Under the pieces are notes generated by a model. That model did no database searches. It saw only the letters and a program-made list of their open reading frames with translations, and was not told the DNA's origin. Both the position numbers and the translations under genes were made by a program. From Eledone cirrhosa (Eukaryota), in contig OZ024762.1 of the NCBI GenBank assembly GCA_964016885.1, forward strand, positions 15,128,001 to 15,192,000: a stretch of 64,000 nt of DNA, read 5' to 3'. Positions 1 to 13,700 of the stretch are shown here, in pieces; the first letter of the stretch is position 1; the number at the start of each line of letters is the position of its first letter.

Positions 1-142
1 TGCTTTTTCGTGGCGCCTACACGTCCACTTTACAGTGTGGGCTGGTGGGGCATATTTTCTATATGCTTCAGCTTGTACCCATGGGAGGTCGGGTACTCTG
101 TATTACTGCGTGACGCCAGAAGTCACGGTCGTGTGTCATTGT

Positions 143-145
<3 letters not shown>
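1..145 (-). mobile_element. 3' fragment of the RTE-clade LINE
   Basis: Closely similar to 61245-61435 of the RTE element at the window end. Confidence 0.8.
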
Positions 146-180
<35 letters not shown>

Positions 181-182
<2 letters not shown>

Positions 183-1216
183 AAGTGTTAAAACGATCAA
201 ATTTTAGTTTAGAACATTTATTTGCTGACAATTCTTTCTTCCAGAGGGAAGTCTGAAATCATCTGAGCATAAGGAATGTTGAAACATGTAACTAAAATCC
301 TAGTCATTTAGAACATTTAGGGTACATAATTGTTATTAGTGTCAAAGGCGTCATGTGGAGAGTCAGGAGTTAAAAATATGTTCTGTTTGAAAGAACACAA
401 TTACAGGCAGCACTGGTTGGAAGTGTAATAGGTATAAGTAAAAAGCACAAGCAAAAAAAATACAGGCAAAAAAGTTATAAGCAAGGAAAATTGGTGTACA
501 ATGCAGGAGTCAATAGAGTCAATAAGGCATGTGTTAGGAAAGAGTTATAATGCAGTTGAAATAAACATATTTTGTGTGGGGTGTTAAAGCATGTTATAAT
601 TGTTATAAATGTTTAAGATAGTGTGCAATTTGTTAGAGAGGCATGTGATGATAATTTAGGTATTTGTTATGTAAGGTGTAATGCAAAGCACGTGATAGAG
701 TTGGGTATGTGATTTTCATTTAAGTGTTTTTGTGTTGTAGTTTGTATGTATGTGTATGTGTTGTTTGTTACAGCTATTAACCGTGGGATTATTTTGAGTC
801 GTTTATAGTCAATAGGTGTTTGTTTGTTAAATGTAAATTCCGCCGAATTACTGGCCATGTTGTTATTTTAGGTATATTATTTTATGCATTTTTTATCTAC
901 AAATTATCTTTTCTAGAGTTTGTATTAACCGTTATAACGTTATAACGGTTAATACAAACCCTAGAAAAGATAATTTGTATCAGTGCTGCCTGTAATTGTG
1001 TTCTTTCAAGCAGAACATCTTTTTAACTCCTGACTCTTCTCATGATGCCTTTGACACTAATAACAACTATGTACCCTAAATGTTCTAAATGACTAGGATT
1101 TTTTTACATGTTTCGAAATTCCTTATGCTCAGATGATTCCAGACTTCCCTCTGGAAGAAACAATTGTCAGCAAATAAATGTTCTAAACTAAAATTTGATC
1201 GTTTTAACACTTTGTA
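181..1216. repeat. Foldback element with ~235 bp inverted arms (181-415 / 981-1216) and an internal palindrome at 898-979
   Basis: Arms are reverse complements with a few substitutions; (TA)n on the left and nearby on the right; possibly Penelope-like. Confidence 0.75.
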
Positions 1217-1343
1217 TCTCGGCTCTGTAAAACACTTGAAAATTTGCATTGAGCCTTTTGTCATACCAGTAACTGGCTAGTACTTAGTACTACCCTACAT
1301 ATTTATAGTTATATCAAATATATATAAATATAAATATTCTTAT

Positions 1344-1448
<105 letters not shown>

Positions 1449-2132
1449 CAAAAGGCAGAAGAACTCATAAGAGTCAACGGCCATCCAAAAGTGTGTAAAT
1501 ATGTATATACATATATACACATGTACATATGTATGTATATATATGTGTATATACATGGGTGCATGTGTATGTAAATGCGTGGGGACATAGAAAATGTTGG
1601 GCTAGACACCCGATCGCGCGGTTAAACCACAGGGAGTGAAGGACCCCTAGCCTTTGTGAGGGCATTCTTCTAGGAGAAGGTAACTCAGGAAACTGGGATA
1701 ACTCCGATATAAAACCTGCAGCTCAGTAATTACCGATGATGTTGATCTTTTCTTCTTTTCGGGTTATAGCTACTGTCGCTCAGAGAGTGGGATTGGCTCA
1801 GTGCACAGTCTTTCCTCACTTTAAAAAATATCTTCACGCACAGGCATTGCACGATAGAATTAATTAATAATTATTAATAATGGTATAACGTGCAATGGCC
1901 ATACTCGATAACGAGGAGGCAGCCATCATATTTCAATCGAAGATGGTTGGCCTTGAGCAGCTGCTGAGGAATATCGAAGTTATCGAACCCCATTAAGGTT
2001 TCTTCATACTCAGTAACTATCTGTCTATTCCTAAGCTTCTGTATCTGCTCAGGGTCAGCCCCTCTCACAGATTTCCGTCCTGCCTCCAACGCTTCGACGA
2101 CCTGATCTTCGAGAGACTCGAGTGTCGGGTCA

Positions 2133-3430
2133 ATGTTAGACTTTCTCCGGAGTCCCGCGATCAGGCTGCGTTGCCCAAGTGATTTGGGGGGTCTTGGTCT
2201 TCGTAAGTGTTCGTTCCTCTCTCTCCCCTGCTTCCTTTCCTCCACCCACGCTTGCTCCACCCTGGTGAGCAGCATCCTCTCCTCTCCAACATGGACTAGT
2301 TCCAACAGGGAGTTGGGGGAAGCTCTCCAGCAATGGAGTGAGCTGGGCTTGTCTCTTCCTGAGAAGGTGGAGGACAGTCGAAGTCAGAGAGCTTGGAACA
2401 GCATAAGTTCGAAGGTCACCTTCGACTCGCTCTTCATCCAGTCAGATCAGTTTTCAAGGTGCCGCTTACTATCTGCCAGCATCAAATACTCAGGCGACTG
2501 GGTCGATGCCCTACCCGTGGCCAACGTTGGTGGCCTACTCAGCCTGGATGAACTTCGTGTCTCCATCGCCCTCAGAGTGGGAGCTGACGTCTGCATGGGT
2601 TTGAGGTGCCGATGCGGCAAATTCCTCAACTCTACAGGCCTCCACGGTCTTTCTTGCCGCCTGAATGCCAGCCGCTTCGCGCGTCACACGGAGCTAAACC
2701 TCATTCTGAAGAGAGCTTTGGCCCAGGCGAATATCCCCTCAGTCTTGGAACCATCTGGGTTGTCCAGAGGTGACGGCAAAAGACCTGACGGTCTTACCCT
2801 GCGCCCCTGGTCGAGAGGCAGGTGCCTTGTCTGGGACGTCACTGTTAGTGACTCTTTTGATCTTTCCCACATCCTCGATGCTGCGGTTAGGACGAGAGCC
2901 ACAGCTTCTGCAGCCGAGCAGAGTAAGACCTTCAAATACTCTGATCTGTTGGCCAGCTATATTTTTCAGCCTGTGGCTTTCGAGACATTTGGGGAAGTCG
3001 GGCCGCTGACTGCGAGGTTCCTTTCCTCACTGGCGGCTCGCCTAATAGAGCTGACTGGCGAATCTTGCGAGGGTGCTTGGCTGTTTCAGCGCATCAACCT
3101 CGCCATCACCCGAGGCAACGCTGCCAGTGTGCTGGCTTGCCTCATAAATCATTAGAGAGGTTGCCCAGTACTCCTCGTTGCTGTCTTTTGCTCTGGTGTT
3201 GGCTCCGTTGTTCACCCCTTCCTTTACATTTTCTTTAATATTGTAACATTAAAAAAATATATCTTTCATTGTATCATCCTTTATAGTGTTACCGAAGCAT
3301 TTAAAACATATTTGTTATGTTATTCTACTGTAAATTTATTTATATGCTCTATTTAACCTTGTATCTCATTTGTACATACTTGCTGAATATTTAAATAATT
3401 ATATCCTAGAAATAAATTATTATTAAAATA
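2133..3430 (+). mobile_element. RLE-type non-LTR retrotransposon (CRE-like), 3' part with a 340-aa ORF (2133-3155)
   Basis: CCHC knuckle CRCG...HGLSC, RH, RPDG, WDVT and KxxKY motifs of restriction-like endonuclease retrotransposons; AT-rich 3' UTR ending at (TA)n. Confidence 0.8.
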
Positions 3431-3437
3431 ATGATAA

Positions 3438-3509
<72 letters not shown>

Positions 3510-3876
3510 AAGGTTAAACAAGGTGCAATGAATAAATCAAAGAATTAGTTAGCTCAGTACCTCTGTAATATGTATAATAAAATATACTTGATCACAAGAA
3601 GTTCTATTTTTGTTAATATTTTGAATTAATATATATGTATATGTATATATATATGTATATATATATATATTTATTAAAATATCAAATTAAAGTTTAAGCA
3701 AAGAATCGTTGCTTTCACCCTTAACGGAATCTTCAGAAGATCCCGTTAAGGGTGAAAGCAGCGATTCTTTGCTTAAACTTTAATCTGTTATTTTAATAAA
3801 TATTTGCTCTACGGTTCTTATATATTTGATATATATTTATCCTTATCGAGCCCTCTTTGGATTTTAGTCTCCAAAT

Positions 3877-3990
<114 letters not shown>

Positions 3991-4382
3991 CCAACCATCT
4001 TGCCGGTTTGTTTTGCCCGTAAAATCTATCCACCGCTTCCTTGAGGCATTTTAACCACATGCCCATTGTATCGGAGCTGTGATCTCTCAATTCGGAGTAG
4101 TAAAAGCTCTACTTGGAACAGATCTCTGAGCTACGAACTCTATAGAATAAGGTTACTCCAAAGACACTTCGGAGGAACTTCATTCCGTCCGTTTGTACTC
4201 GCGATCGCGAACGTATTCTGATAACCTACTACCAATATTCCATCTAAAATTTATAACAAGCAGTGTAAGGGAATTTATTAAACATGGGATAACTTTCTAA
4301 CGAACACCGGTTGATAATTGTAATGGCGGAGAACACACTGAGAATGTCAAATATCTGTGATGTAATTAATTTATAATTAAAA

Positions 4383-4397
4383 ATGTTTGTCAACAAG
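4383..4397 (+). CDS. TEPSIN: tepsin putative first coding exon (MFVNK)
   Basis: ATG TTT GTC AAC AAG|gtacag; phase 0 fits the next exon and the peptide resembles vertebrate SFLHR. Very short, so uncertain. Confidence 0.55.
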
Positions 4398-4600
4398 GTA
4401 CAGTACAGTACGGCAGTTTATTATTTTTAAATAACGCCATTGTTATATTTGTCTATATTGAAATCGTTTGATAACATTTTAAGTGAGGTTTAAACGAATT
4501 GATTCTATGTTGATAATTAGCGATAGCTTGTCTAAGAAGAATACATACCAATATATATATATATATTCATACGAATGAAACAGTTCTAGTCCTGTAGAAG

Positions 4601-4663
<63 letters not shown>

Positions 4664-7600
4664 GAGAGAGAGAGTGATCCATTTAATATATATTATATAT
4701 TTATGTATAATTCATAAGGTAAATATTTATTATTACACCATCTCCGAGATGGGGTGTTATAGAGTTATCCGAAAGTAATAATAATTGTTTCTACTTTCTG
4801 GCACAAGGCCAGCACATTACTGGTACTTTATTTTAACAACCCCGTAAGGATGAAAGGCAAAGTTAGCCTTTGCGGGATTTGAACTCAGAATGGCAAGGGC
4901 CGTAACTCTATGCGTCAAAGCATGGCTTCCCACCCTCTACCGATATGCCAATCCACCGGGGTAGTTAGATGATAACATTCATGAACTGGGTTGTCCACGC
5001 TTGGGGATCCAGCCGGATCAGTTGGAGATGGTTGCTTCTGACACCCCACTGGAAGGAGTCTTTGAGGACTCTGCCCCCACGACCCTCTCAGGAATAAGTG
5101 GGCGAAGAAGATTCTGTATTTACATTTGGCATTACTGTATACTGCCAGTAATATGTACACTAATATATATACTATAATTAGTAAAACAAATATCCATGTC
5201 GGCCAGCTATATTTTTCAGCCTGTGGCTTTCGAGACGTTTGGGGGAGTCGGGCCGCTGACTGCGGGGTTCCTCTCTTCACTGGCGGCTTGCCTAATAGAG
5301 GTAACTGGCGAATCTCGCGAGGGCGCTTGGCTGTTTCAGCGCATCAGCCTCGCCATCACCCGAGGCAACGCTGCGAGTGTGCTGGCTTGCCTCAAAAATC
5401 ATTAGAGAGGTTGCTCTGGTGTTCACCCCTTCCTTTTACATTTTCTTTAATATTGTAACATTAAAAGAATATTTCTTTCTGAATGAATCGCGAGCTATTT
5501 ATAATGTTATCTAAGCATTTGTAATGTTATTTATGTATATATTTAAAACATATTTGTTATGTTACTCTACTGTAAATTTATTTATATGCTGTTTATATTT
5601 TCATTCTGAAAAAATTGCAAACGATTTGTAATGTAATTGTTTCATTATATTTCTTTTTACACAACTGTGAATAAAATATATAGTGTATAGTGAAACAAAA
5701 AAATTATTTTCTGTAGTCCCCTCACCTGTCTGGGAGACAGGTGTTATAACTTTTTTAAAATTACCATTTTTATTAAAGTGAGTCAAGCAATAGTATGGAT
5801 TTTTTCTGTTCTTATTTGTCTATTCTTTTTATTTTTTGTGTGTTTGCAGATTAATATGTTAATGAAGGCAATATCGGATGATGATACACCGATACCTGGA
5901 TATCTATACGATGAAATTAACAGTATCCTTTAATATGAACACCTGTCGTTGTTACTGTTTTAATATAAAACTCTCTCTGTTATTAACATCTATTTTCAAT
6001 GCTTGCATGGGTTAGACCAGGGGTGTGCAACATATTCCATTGGCGGGCCACTTTTGAACATTGGAACAACTATTGGGGCCATTAATATTTATTAAGCACT
6101 ATTCCAAAGATTCACCACAACTTCTTTCCATAACTTGGAACTGGGAAATTATAACACACATAACCCTATCAGTGAAGCCCTTTAGTATAGGTCAACTGGG
6201 AAATTATAACACACATAACCCTATCAGTGAAGCCCTTTAGTATAGGTCAACTAACAGAAAATTGTATTACGGTTATGAAAAAAATTCTAAATAAGCCTAC
6301 AAAGTAAAAATTAAAAACGGTCATCATGGGCCACGCTGACTGGTCTAGCGGGCTTGATTGTGGCCTGCAGGCTGCCTGTTGCATGCCCCTGGATTAGATG
6401 ATGATGTTGACAGTTGGCTGTCATCATCATCATTGTTTAACGTCCATTTTCCACGCTAGCATGGGTTAGACGGGTTGTCCCATTTGAGGCAAGTTGGGTC
6501 AGGTCACCGTGTCTTGCTCATATAGGACTGTTTCTGGCTAGATTGCTACAGATGGATGCCCTTCCTAATGCCAACCCCATTTACAGTAAGTACTGGGTGC
6601 TTTTTGTTGTGTCACCAACATGACCACTTTACAGTGTGGGCTGGGTGCTTTTTGTCGTGATACCTACATGACCACTTTACAATGAGTACTGGGTGCTTTT
6701 TGTCATAACTCCTACATAACCACTTTACAATGTGGGTTGGGTGCTTTTTGTCGTGATACCTACACAACCACTTTACAGTATGGGCTGGGTGCTTTTTTTG
6801 TCATGACTCCTACATAAAATATATTGTCTAAATCCTTAACAATGTTCATAGAAATTACTTATGAATCTACGGCTTATTCTAGAAGACTGCTAGAGTTCTT
6901 GGTTAGTCAACTGGAGAAGAAATCATGCCATGTTAAATTAAAGGTAATTATTATTGTAAACCTTTCTAGCATACCTGTACCGTCTTTATTGTCCTCTTAA
7001 TGTAAGCCCTGTGTGGCTAATAAAGACACCACTATTATTATTAAAACAATATTGTCTCTGATAAAGGATGTAGTGTCTTGGCAGCTAACAACTGATGCAG
7101 GTGGTTTGTTCCATGCTTCAGCAACTCTGAGCGTGAAAAAATGTTTCTGAAAGTCTTGGGAGCTGTACTCTTTTCTGACTTTGTAGGCATATGCCCATGG
7201 GTGTTAATGATAATGGTGGTGGTGATAATGATGATGATGATGATGATGATGACGAGAATGTTGTTTTTGTTAGTGATGTATTTAATTTCTACATTTTTTA
7301 GGTACTGAAACTAATGACAAACCTCGTTGAAAAGGGCCACCCTCGTTTCAGACAGGAATTACGTCGGCAAGCAAATGGAATCAGGGAAGCCACCAGTATG
7401 TATAATAATTGTTTCTGATTTAGGCACAAGGCCAACAATTTTGGGGAGAAGGGAGTCAAATTAAATCAACCCCAGTGCATTACTGGTACTTTATTTTACT
7501 GACCTCAGTATTATTATTTTCCAGAGTTCAGTGGACCTCCAGATCCTCTCCATGGCACAGTGCCATATCTAGTTGTGAGACAGATGGCTCAGGTAAGTAC

Positions 7601-10600
7601 TTACAGGTGGTTGGGGTGGAGTGATGGTATAGGTGGTGGTGGTGGTAGGGGTGGAGTGGTGGTGATGGTAGTAAAATTGTTTGTGGTGGTGGTGGTGGTA
7701 AGGGTGATTGTGGTTGTGGCGGTGGTGGTGGTTGTGTGAATATGTTTGGGCCAGTAATGATGATGGTGATGATAATTATATTCATTTGATAGCGACGATG
7801 ATGATGTTTATGATGATGATGATGCTGATAATGATGAGGTTGGCAGGTGGTGGTGAATGTGTTTGAAACAAATCATAATAGAATTATCCCAAATAGAATG
7901 TTCTAGATGTCTTTATTAATAATCTATTTGCAGAGTCTCTCCGAAGTTCTCTTTGATGCTGAGTACAACATGGATGTGGAATCAAAAACCCAAATTGCTC
8001 AACCTTCTACAAGTAAGATTTCACGAGCTTTGACCCTTTAACATTTACATTACTCTATATATACTATTGTATGTTCACAGTAAAGGCTTTACCTCACATA
8101 ATATCTCACATTACTCTATATATACTATTGTATTTTCGCAGTAAAGGCTTTACCTCACATAATATCTCACATAACATTTACATTACTCTATATATACTAT
8201 TGTATCTTCACAGTAAAGGCTTTATCTCACATAATATCTCACATAACATTTACATTACTCTATATATACTATTGTATTTTCACAGTAAAGGTTTTACCTC
8301 ACATAATATCTCACATAACATTTACATTACTCTATATATACTATTGTATTTTCACAGTAAAGGCTTTATCTCACATAACATTTACATTACTCTATATATA
8401 CTATTGTATTTTCACAGTAAAGTCTTTACCTCACATAATATCTACATTACTCTATATATACTATTGTATTTTCACAGTAAAGGCTTTATCTCACATAACA
8501 TTTACATTACTCTATATATACTATTGTATTTTCATGGTAAAGGCTTTACCTCACATAATATCTCACATAACATTCACATTACTCTATATATACTATTGTA
8601 TTTTCACAGTAAAGGCTTCATCTCACATAACATTTACATTACTCTATATATACTATTGTATTTTCATGGTAAAGGCTTTACCTCACATAATATCTCACAT
8701 AACATTTACACTACTCTATATATACTATTGTATTTTCACAGTAAAGGCTTTACCTCACATAATATCTCACATAACATTTATATTACTCTATATTTAATAC
8801 TAGGTGGTGAATTGGCAGAGTTGTTAGAACATTGGATAGAATGCTTTATTGTATTCATTCCAGCTTTCTGCTCTCTGAGTTCAAATCCCACCAAGGTCAA
8901 CTTTACCTTCCATCGTTTCGAGGTCGATAAAAAAAGTACCAGTCTAGTACTGGGGTCGATTCTTCCTCTATATCTCTTTCTCCTCTCTCTCACTTTCTGT
9001 CTTTCTCTGGAAAAAATCTGCTGTACTCGGGCCTGGAGAGGAGATGAGCTCCGCCAGGTTTAAAATGCCCCCCAAAATGCTGTATGTCAACACAGCGCCC
9101 CTACGACTCTACCAAGAGTTACAGGACCATACATACATACTTACATACATATATCATTTCATTTTTTTCATTTCATTTTTTACGTCCACTTTTCCCTGCT
9201 TGCAAGGGTGGGACGGGAACTGATTCTGGCTTGATTTCTACAGCTGGATGCCCTTCCTAACACCAACCTCATTTACAGTGAGTGGTGGGTGCTTTTTTGC
9301 CGTGGCACTCCACGACCACTTTGCAGTGGAATGATAGGGACTGGGGTCCCTATCATCTCATTTCTACAGCTGAGTAAACTGGAGCAATGTGAAATAAAGT
9401 GTCTTGCTCAAGGAAACAACACATCACCCGGTCTGAGAATTGAACTTGCAACCTTTCGATTGCAAGGCCAATGCTCTAACCACTAAGCCATGTGCCTCCA
9501 TATAAATCTAAAATAGATATAACTACCCCTATCTTGCTCGGAACATTGACCTCCTGGAAACTGTTCAGAGACGTGCAACCAAGCGCATACCCTCCATCAG
9601 ACACCTACCATACTCTGAACGCCTTGCTTCCCTGGGCATGGATTCATTGAAGCTCCGACGTCTGGCAGTGGACTTGGTGAATACCCACAAAGTTTTTAAC
9701 CATCTCGCCAACTGCAACCCTGAGCGCCTCTTTGATCTCCATGTATCTAACACACGTGGACATGCCTACAAGATAAGAAAACAGCACAGCTCCCATGACT
9801 TTCGCAGACATTTTTTCACGCTCAGAGTTGCTGAAACATGGAACAAACTGCCTGCGTCAATTGTTAGCTGCCGAGACACTGCATCCTTTAAGACACTCAT
9901 GCTTCCCGAAATACGCCAAAACTACACCTGATGTGCCCCTTCCATACACATGCACACATGTGTGCACTGTTCATTTTACTGATGTTTGTGCATTGCCCTA
10001 TGTACTGTACATGCACTTTTTTGATGGGTTGTGGTGCACCTGGGCACTGTGCACAATATTTCATTATTGTTATTGTTATTATATCATGACTCATACACTG
10101 TTTATTTTCCTGACATTTGTACATTATTCTATGTACTATACATGCACCTTTGATGAGTTGTAGTGCACCTGAGCACTGTACACAATAATTTCATTATTAT
10201 TATAGTTTATAAGCCTTTTTGTGAAAACATAAACAAGTGTGAAACCATTCTGTTGTTCCCGTTGTACATAAGAGATTGCACCATGAAAGTAATATAAATC
10301 TGTTGTTTTACAGTTTCAACTGGAATGGGAAATATCCAGGGTAAAGGAAAAATGCAAGGTTTTGGTAATTCCCCTCTGCACCAGCCAAGTAAGTTCCCAT
10401 GTTCCCCCCATCAGATGGAGGTAACAACCCTCCATTAACAACAGAAACTTCTAGATGTTTTACAGTTTCGCTTCTTTCCTCTTTTCTTTTCTTTTTTCTC
10501 TTCTTATGCTTATTCTGCCTCCCCAATTCTGTCTCTCTATCTATATCTCCCTAATCTCTCACTCGTTCCCTCTCCCCCATTCTCTCTATCTCCCTTTTTT

Positions 10601-10692
10601 GTCTCTGTCTCTCTTTCTGTTGGACTTTTTATCTCTCTGACAGTCTCCCTCTCTCTCTATCTCTCTCTCCTTCTCTCTCTCTCTCTCTCTCC

Positions 10693-10729
<37 letters not shown>

Positions 10730-13700
10730 CCTCCTTCTCTCTCTCTCTCTCTCTCTGCCTTCAATATTTGAAATTTAATTTTTTTTCTTTTCTTACTTGT
10801 CTCACTCTATTTGATTACCAACTGTAAGGAGTATTCAATACTTCCTTCAGTCTGCCATGGCTTACCAGCTCTATACGGACGTTTAAGTTGAATAGATAAA
10901 TAACAGTCAACCTTTAATGTTAGATCTATGTAAATATGAACATTGACACAACCAGATACACACACACCTCATCCCTCTATAGACACTCACACACACACAC
11001 GTCATCCCTCTATGAACACACACATATCCAGACCCATCCACACACATATACACACACACACAGTTCATCCCTCTATAGACACACACATATACATGCTCAC
11101 ACACACACACCTCATCCCTCTATAGACACACACACATGCCTATGAACACACACATATCCACACTCACACACATATACACACTCACACACACACATATACA
11201 CACTCACACACACACCTCATCCCTCTATAGACACACACATATCCACACACACATATACACGCTCACACACACATGCCTCATCCCTCTATGAACACACACA
11301 TATCAACACTCACACACACACACACACACCTCTCTATTTAATAAGCAACCTTTTAACCTTAGTCTCTTATTACTCTCACTCAATTCAACAAACATTGTTT
11401 TATCTCAATAATCAATAACTTTCCCCTTCTTATGTTTATCTATGTTTGATCACTTCAACAGAAAGTACCGGTCAAATACTAAGGAACAGTATTGGTAATT
11501 TCTTCGATAAATTCACCGATTCTACACAGATCAATCAGGTTTTCATCCCAGAACTCGACAAACAATCAAATAATTTTGCTCCAGTTCAACTGAATCAGGA
11601 GATAGCTGATGAGTCTATATCTGACAGTTACACAATGCCATCACATCCAGGTAAGAGAATTTATATATGTCATGACAAAAACACCTAGTCCACTCTGTAA
11701 AGTGACCGTGTAGGTATCACAACAAAAGCACACAGTCCACACTGTAAAGTGGTCATGTAGGTGTCACGACAAAAAGTACCCAGTCCACACTGTAAAGTGG
11801 TCATGTAGGTGTCACGACAAAAAACACCCAGTCCACATTGTAAAGTGGTCATGTAGGTGTCACAACAAAAAGCACCTAGCCCACATTGTAAAGTGGTTGT
11901 GTAGGTGTCACGACAAAAAGCACCCAGCCCACACTGTAAAGTGGTCATGTAGGTGTCACGACAAAAAGCACCCAGTCCACATTGTAAAGTGGTCATGTAG
12001 GTGTCACAACAAAAAGCACCTAGCCCACATTGTAAAGTGGTCATGTAGGTGTCACGACAAAAAGCACCCAACCCACACTGTAAAGTGGTCATGTAGGTGT
12101 CACGACAAAAAGCACCCAGTCCACATTCTAAAGTGGTCATGTAGGTGTCACAACAAAAAGCACCCAGCCCACACTGTAAAGTGGTTATGTAAGTGTCACG
12201 ACAAAAAGTATCCAACCCACACTGTAAAGTGGTCATGCAGATGTCACGACAAAAAGCACCCTGTCCACACTGTAAAGTGGTCATGTAGGTGTCATGACAA
12301 AAAGCACCCAATCCACACTCTAAAGTGGTCATATAGGTTCATGACAAAAAACACCCAGTCCATACTGTAAAGTGGTCGTGTAGGTGTCACGACAAAAAGC
12401 ATCCAAACCACACTGTAAAGTGGTCACCACGACCACCACTTTACAGAGTGGACTGGGTGCTTTTTATCACATCACCACCACTACCACTTTACAGGGTGGA
12501 CTGGGTGCTTTTTATCACATCACCACCACTACCACTTTACAGGGTGGAGTGGGTGCTTTTTATCACATCACTACCAATACCACTTTACAGGGTGGACTGG
12601 GTGCTTTTTATCACATCACTACCACTTTACAGGGTGGACTGGGTGCTTTTTATCACGTCACTACCACTACCACTTTACAGGGTGGACTAGGTGAAAATAA
12701 AAAAGTTATTTCATAATTCATTCGTATTTCATAATTCATGTGTATTATTCTATGTACTATATTGACGAGTTGTAGTGCACCTGAGCACTTTACACAATAA
12801 TTTCATTATTATTATTATAAAACAATCAATACCCTTTTTTTTTTTTGTTTTTTTTTCTCCACAGTTAAAACGTTGGTACCCCACCATGTACCTGGTCGTG
12901 CAGGAGGGGGGTGGGATGATGGGGATGAAAATGATATACCATATGGTGAGGACGTAAAGAGTGGGACCTTCAAATCAACATCATCATCATCACACACATC
13001 AAGTAAAGAAACAAAAGTCAGTACGGAAATCTTAAATAGCCGGTTAGTTCTTTGTATGAATTCTCTTTCTGTCCTTAACCCTTTACCATTTACATTACTC
13101 TATATATACTATTTTGTTTTCACAGTAAAGGCTTTACCTCACATATTTCACATAACATTTACATTACTCTATATATACTATTGTATTTTCACAGTAAAGG
13201 CTTTACCTCACATAACATTTACATTACTCTATATATACTATTGTATTTTCACAGTAAAGGTTTTACCTCACATAATATCTCACATAACATTTACATTACT
13301 CTATATATACTATTGTATTTTCACAGTAAAGGTTTTACCTCACATAATATCTCACATAACATTTACATTACTCTATATATACTATAGTATTTTCATGGTA
13401 AAGGCTTTACCTCACATAATATCTACATTACTCTATATATATACTATTGTATTTTCACAGTAAAGGCTTTACCTCACATAATATCTCACATAACATTTAC
13501 ATTACTCTATATATAGTATTGTATTTTCATGGTAAAGGGTTTATCTCACATAATATTGAATCTATGAGATTTTGATATCATTTACTTTGAGAAAAAAATA
13601 TGTTAACATAAGTATGAGCAGCCAGCTACGGGTGATTTGATGAGAAAGAGGTGAGAGAATTCTGGCTAGGTACAGCTGGTTTAAATGCTAAAGGGTTAAG

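Noticed and set aside
8071-9063. 330-aa ORF and similar [11 protein letters not shown] ORFs at 13181, 29249 and 31713-33834
   Set aside because: Artefacts of 60/72-bp MITE-derived repeats whose lengths are multiples of three.
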